Assembly (NCBI GenBank): GCA_964106915.2
Contig: OZ066916.1
Reading direction: 5' to 3' (one strand)
Length of the DNA: 64,000 bases
From: Podarcis gaigeae
Lineage: Eukaryota
Positions 55,810 to 64,000 of this stretch are shown here, one piece after another; position 1 is the stretch's first letter; the number at the start of each line of letters is the position of its first letter. The translations under genes were made by a program, and so were the position numbers. The notes under the pieces were generated by a model that was given only the letters and a program-made list of their open reading frames with translations, was not told the origin of the DNA and did not search any database.

Positions 55810-57813
55810 CTGTAAAAGAAGAGATACACCCAATTTCAGAGGCAGACAAAATATATTTGGGTCCAGTGTTAAGAATTCTACAAATATTTTTCAAGTGGTA
55901 GCTAGTTCATCTGATGTCACAGGATCATATAATTTGATCAGTAGATACAACTCTGAATGGCTTGTTTTTAAATCAGAGTAGAACCACTGAAATGGACTAA
56001 AGTTGATCAGAATGAATTAAAAAACCTAAGAAAATGTTTATGAGTCCAGCTGATCAGCTGATTATGACTTAGTTGGATATAATGGTTTATCTTCAAACTG
56101 TATAAATGTTACTGTATTTCCCAATGTTGTGGAATTGCAAGTGAGCGCTCTCTTAGTTCTCCAAGACTTCTGTGGGTGTTCTTGTTTTTAATTAAAACTA
56201 TTTCAATTCTGCCCTACAACAATTGATCTTTTTTACTGCCATTTATCTTATTACCTGCCAACTTTCAAATAGTAGGATTGTAACTCTGGAAATCTACTTT
56301 ACCTGTGCTGAGGGGGAAACAAGTTAGACACAAGCAAGTTAACTGGCCTTAAAAAAGTGTTTTTACATAACTTTAGTGAAAGAGATTCTACAATGTGTTT
56401 CCTTTCTGTGACTTAAACCAGCTGATAGTTTCATTCTCAGAGACTACTCTGAATTCTTTTCTTAACTAAACATGCAGAAATCAATTAAGTGTGACCAAAT
56501 TGTCTTCACCATATCAGTATTGGATCTAACATTCTAAGTATTTTAATCTGTACAGTGCCATAAGCATGCTGCCGGCATGAAATAAGCATTTAATAAATAA
56601 CTCAGCTAAGCCAATTGATGAGCTTTATCTCCACAAATGTAAAATATACTTTAACTTGCTAGTAATCAGTTTCATTGGGTGATGCTGGGTTCCTCATACT
56701 ATGGGAGGGAGTTCTTTCATTGACACTTTATTCCGTGCTTTTATAAGCTGAAGATTTGTTTTCAATCTGAGCATTATAGAAGCATGGAAGTGTCCCTCCC
56801 CAATACCAGGACCCAGCATCACCCAATGAAATTGATTACTAGCAAGTTCAAGATTGGGGGGGGGGGAGTTATTGATTCCCTCTATGCTAATAGTGAACCC
56901 AGTCTCCAAACTGCTGCTTTATGTAGCCACTGAGATGATATCAGAAGACTTGGAGGAGCCCCAAGGTTTTCAGAAATAAAAGAATACAGAAACAAACAGG
57001 AGGGAACCACCCCTCAAACACAGTCCAATGGAATGGAATGGAATGTTCGGGAGTAAAGCACAGCTGGCTGAAAGTATGCCACACTGCAATGTTGTTTGTT
57101 ACACTGAACAAGTGCATTGCATGTACACATCAATTCAGTCATTTGTGGTCACAAGATGTGGTGGTGGTGGCTACCATTGGTTTAGGTAGCTTTTAATTTT
57201 TTTAAAGACAATTTCAGGCCCATCAACAACTGTTTGCCAAGATAGGCAAATTTGAAGTCTTGTGTCCAAATTTCCCTTGGAAGGATTACCCCCCCCCCCC
57301 CCGTGACAGCCATCTCCTTCATGCTCTGCTAACAAACTCTCACCAGATAGATCCCAGCCTGACCCAAGCAAGGCAATGCTTGATTTCTTCTACTCAACAT
57401 ATACGTGTCTAGAAAATAAACCTTAAAGCAGAATGGGCTACACAGTTCAACTACAATATGCAAAGATGACCTGTGTTCGTGTTGTGTTATCAAGGTCACT
57501 TAAGTATTCAGCAATATGCTTTGTACTGCCATACAAGTTGTATTGCACCCACTTTCATGAGATTTGATCATGAGGCCAGAAGCATCTTCTCCGCTTGGCA
57601 ACATATGATCTTCAGACACACCTTGAAGTACAGTCTTGCACTTTCCTGCTACCACTTACAAAACAACATTAAGTACCACTACCTGTGTTGACATCAAAAT
57701 CAGTGATCAAAACACCTGCTTTCAATGCTCACATTCTGAAATCAAAAGATAAAGGCACTGAATGCAGAACAGCAAGGTTAAGAACAGGTTTATGGATTTC
57801 AAGGGAAGCTTAC

Positions 57814-57892
57814 CTAGCGTATTGATGCTTAGCTGCTCAATGAAAACCCAAAGCCGCTCAATCACATCCTGCACACGCTTCTCACATTTACC
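57814..57892 (-). CDS. ADAM17: ADAM17 exon 16 (CANDIS region)
   Basis: [26 protein letters not shown]. Confidence 0.95.
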
Positions 57893-59272
57893 CTGCAAGA
57901 CATAATGTTTCTTAGAAAGCCATTTTATGCAATGTAAATTTCAGTCATTCTATCTTGAGAGAACGAGTTATGGTTTAAGGGTATGTAAAGATTGGGAGGA
58001 AGCCCCTTTATGTGCTTGGGTGTCAATTATCACCTAATATTTTGTTTCAAACCACAGCATGAATTGGTAGGAACTTACAGAGTGAATTTGTTTTGACAAT
58101 GCTATTTGTAACACTGAAGAAGCTTCTGGAAGGAAAATATGTGATATGAATTAAGACTGCAGCTGGGCATGAGCAGAAATACAGAGCTTTCTTTAAAAGG
58201 GGCTTTTCTTCTCCTGATGAAATGACTATGAGCTCAATACATGTGTGACCAAGAGCACCAGCCATGTGTCACATTGGGAGGAAAGGGCAAGGAATATTGT
58301 GTGGGTGGAACACTCCGGCTGGAATCTGAAGGCCTCTACTTTAGGCATAACCAAGTAATTTTGTCTTCTTTGAACAGTAGATCATAATGCATAAAAAACA
58401 GTGGTTTTTCAAATTTAAATTAAATTTTACCAACATATTTGCCTCTGCCAGATATACTGAGTTAAGAGAAAGATTTTCTAAGCAAACAAGGAACCAATTT
58501 GATTATTTCCCAAATATGAATATTTATAGTCTACCAACAAAGCATAGGTGTTGAAAAGCAAGTATTACAGTCTACTCAATATCTATCAGTATTTGAGTAT
58601 TTCTTTTTTGTGAGGATGGAGTTTACATGGTTGGCAGGGGGAAGAAAAGATGAATAGCCCAGTGCGCAGCTTCTTATATTCCGATACTTAATCTAACAAA
58701 CTGTTATGGGTACTGGTCACAAGAGACCCTATATGAGAATATTTTAAATACATTTCCCTCCATAGCTTAAAAAAAGAAAAGAAAATGCAAAATGCACACA
58801 GTGCAACAGAGATGCAAAACCTGGTAATAGAAATGACACACAGTAAATCATGTTCTATTTAGCTGTAAAACTAACACTGTTTAGTGAGCAGATTCACAAC
58901 GTTGTTTAGGAAATTAAGTAGTATCAATGGGTGTTAACTGGACACTTTGCTCTAGGTGGCCAGTTTAAATAAACACAAACTGCTCAAAAATCTGCCTAAA
59001 GTCCCATATGGTATATGAAACTACTTGAGTGGTTCTATGGATATAAAGAGAAAGGGGGGAAAGGTAGATGGATAGAGGGAAGAACCAGAAAATAGGCAAA
59101 TGATGCAAAAACCACAGCAACAGCGTTAAGCTGACCATTTTGGTTTTGCTCTGGGACCAATTTTAGGACATGATGCAACAAGAACAAAATTTCACAGTGA
59201 TCTATTTTCTGATTTTGCACCAATATGCTATGAGGTGGTGAAAAATATTATCCTAACCCTGTATACACTCAC

Positions 59273-59403
59273 ATTCATGTCACAGAATCCCACAGTGCAT
59301 GGCTTTCCTTTCCTCAAATACAGGAAATTCCGGTTGTCATCAACAGTTGGGCTGCATCTCCCATCCTTGTCTCGACAGCAGACCTTGCAAGAGTTATCCG
59401 TTT
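59273..59403 (-). CDS. ADAM17: ADAM17 exon 15 (membrane-proximal domain)
   Basis: [44 protein letters not shown]. Confidence 0.95.
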
Positions 59404-59829
59404 CTGAAATTAAACATGCAACTTCATAGTTAGCTTTTGGGATATTTATGCATTACTCCTTTACGAAAAAGTAATTTCCCTTTGCTGATCAATTCATTAG
59501 TCTACTCTTGAAGACCACACTATTTTATGAACAAGTTCCTGATGGTACTCAAACACAGACAACAACTTAAAATTTATAAGAAGCAGCACCCTCCACTCTG
59601 GTAAGAAGAAAAAAGGAACTTCATCAAACCCAGAGTGAAATGGAGATATCCAAGGGTTAGTCCCCCTGCAACAGATATTTAAAGCTTCCTTACCAATCAG
59701 TCCCAAGTAACAAGAACAACACCAAATAAAACATTTTATTTCAACTATTCCAAAGAGTGGCACTGGAAAGTACTAGCTCTATCACATAAACAAGGTCAAG
59801 AAGTAAATGAGTAGGCAGGGAACTGGGGA

Positions 59830-59986
59830 AGGGCATAGAGCACATGCCTTGAATGCAAAAGGCCAAATATTCTATCTGGTATCTCCAGGTACAACTGGAA
59901 AAGATTCCTGCCTGAAACCTGAGAGCTTCTACCAATAATACTGAGCTAGATTGACCAGTGGTCTGACTTGATATAAGACAGCTTCA
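59830..59986 (+). mobile_element. Old squamate SINE (Squam3-like)
   Basis: ATCTCCAGGTA...CCTGCCTGAAACC...GAGCTAGATTGACCAGTGGTCTGACT. Confidence 0.6.
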
Positions 59987-60340
59987 TTTCACTAGCAGAG
60001 AAACATTTACCATTACCATCTGACCAAAGCTCTAGAACAGTGTTTCCCAAACTTGGGTCTCCAGCTGTTTTTGGACTACAATTCCCATAATCTGACCACT
60101 GGTCCTGCTAGCTAGGGATGATGAGAGTTGAACAAAGTCTGGCAGTTCATTCAAGCTGTAACTTGACCTGACCCCAGCACAGACAATATTTGTGCCTGGT
60201 AAAAGGAGACCTTACTCTAGCTAATGAAACAGCGCTCTAAAGGAAAGCGCTGCTCTCCACTTTGCTGTGTCTATGGCTTGAACAATCACTTTTCAATGTC
60301 AAGTAAGCCCTGGCTCATCATGTAAGGGAACCCTCCTTAC

Positions 60341-60475
60341 CATTACAGGCGCATGAACTCTGGTTCTTCCCCCACTCACAGAAGGGTATGCACGCTCCAT
60401 CTTTGCACTTGCCCAAATCCACACAGACAGTGTCATCTGGGGCATTCCCTGGGGGAGGACATTCACTGCTATTGC
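60341..60475 (-). CDS. ADAM17: ADAM17 exon 14
   Basis: [45 protein letters not shown]. Confidence 0.95.
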
Positions 60476-61094
60476 CTATGAAGAGATTTAGTGAGAATAA
60501 GCCTTGCATCAGGATATGAATATCTGGAAATAAACAAAGTAAGGCTGCAATCCTAACCTCATTTACCTGGGATAAGTCCAGGGAAAATTTAACAGGACAT
60601 AGTTCTGAGCAGACATGTTTAGGATTTCTATGGCTTGCTAAGGACAGGTAAGAGGTCCTCACAAGTTCCTTCACACAGCAAGTCTCTCTGAAAGACTTCC
60701 CTCAAGAAGATTCCTATTACAGATGCCAAGAGGCAACACCAGATTTTGCAGGCATCCACTGAAAGAAGGACATCTCCCTCACACAGCTGAGGCCTGCAAA
60801 AAGCAGGCTTCTTTCTTGCTTTATTGCAATGCCACACATTAATGCAAACACTCCCCCGCCCGCCAGGTGATTCCCAAGTCAGAAACATGCATCTCTTAGA
60901 ATGCACCTTTCTTGGGACAGCCTTAAAAATGTGTCGTTAAGGTTAAGTAACTCCCATTATTCCAAAACAAGGTAAACACACTGTACTGATGGAAATGAAA
61001 ATTAGGAAGGAGCTAAAGATGCACAGGCACACACTTTTTAAAACATGCATAAGACAAAAAGTGAATGAGTAACTTAACAACTACAGTGATGTAC

Positions 61095-61198
61095 CTGTGC
61101 AATAGGACTCTCCTTTACAGGTAGCATTGATGGCTTCCTGGCACTTTTTCTGTGCACTTTCGAATTGGCATCCTTTACAACAGGGGCTATTGCGATCA
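61095..61198 (-). CDS. ADAM17: ADAM17 exon 13 (disintegrin)
   Basis: [35 protein letters not shown]. Confidence 0.95.
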
Positions 61199-61314
61199 CT
61201 AAGGGATGAGAAGGGAGAAAGAATAAACTTAGACATCTGAATATTCAGGATTACAAACCCAAAGTAGTAGCAGAAGGAAGGGTCAGAAATGTCTCTTCGT
61301 GTCTCTCTCACTCA

Positions 61315-61315
<1 letters not shown>

Positions 61316-61357
<42 letters not shown>
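61316..61357. repeat. (CA)n microsatellite
   Basis: Read directly. Confidence 0.95.
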
Positions 61358-61361
<4 letters not shown>

Positions 61362-61707
61362 GTTCTAAAATATTTATCTATACACTTAATTTAGACACGC
61401 AATCACCAATTACCCCACCAGTAATAAAAAAGAGGCATAATACTTAATTACATCTTTGCTACGAGTTAAGTAGCTGACAACCAACAATTCAATAATGCAG
61501 ACATATGAACTATCAGAGTTTATTCAAAGGACTAGCCTCTTTTTCACTAAACCCATGTCACACAATGTATGTTTTTAAAATAAACAGCATCATAAAAGTA
61601 AACAAGCATAATCATGTGTTTCCTCAACTATGAAAAAAAAGAAAACAAACTCTCTTGCCAGCCCCACATTTCCCACCACCACCCCTTTTGTAGGAAATAT
61701 ATTTCAC

Positions 61708-61907
61708 CTGCATTTGGCATTTGGCTTCAGCTTGCACTCAGATGTGCAGCAAGGATCAATGTGCAGACGCAAGAGGCCTGGGTCACATTCCTCGTCTTCG
61801 TCCACTCTGGAGTTGCCACATACTTTGTTGTTGCGCTCTTGGAAGCATTCTGGCGCCTTGGCTTCAATAGTCCGAAGGATGGATTCTTTACTGCAGCTTG
61901 AAAACAT
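61708..61907 (-). CDS. ADAM17: ADAM17 exon 12
   Basis: [44 protein letters not shown]...AKC. Confidence 0.95.
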
Positions 61908-62492
61908 CTGAAAGTGTCAATAAGAAGAGGAAGAAACAAATTAGTGGTGAGAGAGCTACTAGTTCAGGATTGTGCGAACCTATATATAATTATTAGTTTT
62001 GCCGCACAAGTGCAAAATATTGTATGGAATTCAACTGGTAATTTTTTTTATTCCTTTCTCATTGGCAGCCTTCTTGCCTGCAAATTCAAAGGAAACAAGT
62101 GTATCTGGTGAGAACTCAGAAAGCAGAGTAGACACTTTGGTTGGCATTTAACTCCCATGTATACCAGGTCTTAGCCTTCCTCCTCCATCCACAACCTGAT
62201 CTACAGCTTGACATCTTTTCCTCCGTCCATTCCTTTTCTTATCCTCTGCCACACTGGTCCTTCCTTACAAAATATTTTTTAAAAAAATAGTTTGACAATG
62301 CAAATATTAAGTAAAATAATCCCCTCCAGGTTCCTTCCCTTTTCCATTCAACACTACCGTATTTAGGGAACCAAGTTGCCTACATAGGTTTGTAATATAT
62401 GCATGCACACACTCATGGCGTGCGCGCGCACACACAAACACACACAGAGGTAGAGAGAAAAAGAAAGAAAGAAAGATGATTTTAAAAAATAC

Positions 62493-62645
62493 CTTATTGT
62501 TTTCATGATCACCACTCACAGCAATTGGGTACATAACATATTTTCCTCCCTGATCTTCGGTGGGGGCACATTCTGGCAAGCCATCAGGATCATGCTCTGC
62601 CCCAAAGTTGTGTCCCAGCTCGTGAGTTGTAACCAAATCGGCTTC
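62493..62645 (-). CDS. ADAM17: ADAM17 exon 11 (zinc-binding HExxHxxGxxH)
   Basis: [28 protein letters not shown]...[16 protein letters not shown]. Confidence 0.97.
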
Positions 62646-62821
62646 CTTATAAAAATATATACACAAAAGAAGCATGCTCATTTTCGGGAAGTTTTTAATG
62701 TTTGATGTTTTATTCTGTTTTTAATCTGTTGGGAGCCACGCAGAGTAGCTGGGGCTAACATCACACAGTCTTTTATAGGCTGCCTTTGAGAAGCTAATGA
62801 AGTGTGTAGTGCTCTAAAATT

Positions 62822-62943
62822 CAGTGTTTCCCAACCTTGGGCCTCCAAGGGATTCCCATCATCCCTTGCCACTGGTCTCGCTAGTCAGGGATGATGGGAG
62901 TTGTAGTTCAAAAACAGCTGGAGGCCCAAGGTTGGGAAACACT
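62822..62943. mobile_element. Small hAT-like MITE
   Basis: Long TIR AGTGTTTCCCAACCTTGGGCCTCCA; related copies at about 5668-5807, 13082-13216 and 60039-60130. Confidence 0.7.
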
Positions 62944-63577
62944 TCTCCAAATACCTGTATTATAAATGTAAGACTACCAGATAATTTTACTTTAACACAC
63001 AGAAACGGCCAGATTGCTCACTAGTGAGTGGTAGTTAAAGTTCTTCAAATTTTATTGGTGCAGCAAAAGGTGAATATAATTCATAATCATGTCTTCAAGT
63101 GGAAGGGGGGGCAGTGATGACACAACTGAAAACGGCAGTGTAACACCAGAACTCCTCACTAACCCATGTTAATAAAAGCAAAAAGATGTGTCTAATTGGA
63201 GCTAATTAAACAATCCTTTTTGAATTAATACTGGACATGTATGGAGAAAATAAACATTTCAAAGAAAGATGCCCAAAGCTTGCTTTGAAATGTAAGAGAG
63301 AATTTCATCTCACAGCACAACTGGAGAAGGGCCAAGAGACAGATTGACAATGACACCAAAAGGTCAAAAGCTTTCCAAAGAGGGACAGAATTGCTCACAG
63401 AGGTAACTATGGTACTCAAAAATATCAAGCAGGACTTACAGAAAACAAGCTTTGAAACCAACTGAAAATAACCAACTGGACAAATAAAAAATAGATCTAA
63501 GAGGGCATCAACTCAGAAGCTACTAAGGGAATTGTAAGGCATGTTAAGAAACCACTTCCCACAACTCCTTACAATAC

Positions 63578-63666
63578 CTTTGTAAGGATAGTTTTGCCAT
63601 AGTTCTTTGTGCTGGTTAAGCCACTGTTGAGGTATACATTCTTTCCAGCATTCGGACTAGGAAAAG
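63578..63666 (-). CDS. ADAM17: ADAM17 exon 10 (gene continues beyond the window)
   Basis: [29 protein letters not shown]. Confidence 0.93.
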
Positions 63667-64000
63667 CTTTAAAAAAAAAGGTAGAAAATCATGTTACAGC
63701 ATTTAAGATTCATTTACACAGCCTTGATAACCTTGCCTGTTGCCTAAAATTGAGAACCTCTGCAGTCCTCAGTGGCTTATCAGATTCAGCTGAGATGAAT
63801 ATATTTTCTAACCCTGGTGGCAACCTTATGACATGGGTGGCATTCAGAGCAAGAACTGGACAGAAGGTGAAATGTTCACAAGTAGAGGCAGGCCTACATT
63901 TGAAACCACCTCTTTTGCAAATTATTGTTTCCTGTCTTAGTAGCCTCAAGGCACAACCCCACCAAGTCACTGGGGAGGAACTGCATGTGTGCATTAAAGC

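Overview
Eukaryotic (squamate, probably lacertid lizard, inferred from Sauria-type SINEs and BovB) genomic DNA covering the conserved vertebrate block ASAP2(+, last 6 coding exons and long 3'UTR), ITGB1BP1(-, complete, 200 aa), bidirectional CpG promoter, CPSF3(+, complete, 18 exons, 692 aa), IAH1(+, complete, 6 exons, 253 aa) and ADAM17(-, last 10 exons). Exons were reconstructed by hand from GT-AG sites and recalled orthologue sequences, with consistent phases. Introns hold many transposons: a young, ORF-intact Rex1/Babar-type LINE in CPSF3 intron 4 with a 36-bp flanking duplication, a solo-LTR-like element with nested Sauria SINE and CR1 in IAH1 intron 1, several Tc1/mariner-type and hAT MITEs, and one MITE carrying a 119-bp double-hairpin GC-rich minisatellite. 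No CRISPR, rRNA or tRNA genes were seen. I found no proven novel system. The best leads are the hairpin-array MITE with a covarying stem, a 60-bp intronic stem whose mismatches are all G-U compatible, a CPSF3 stop codon embedded in AATAAA, and a microsatellite-created in-frame candidate exon in IAH1.
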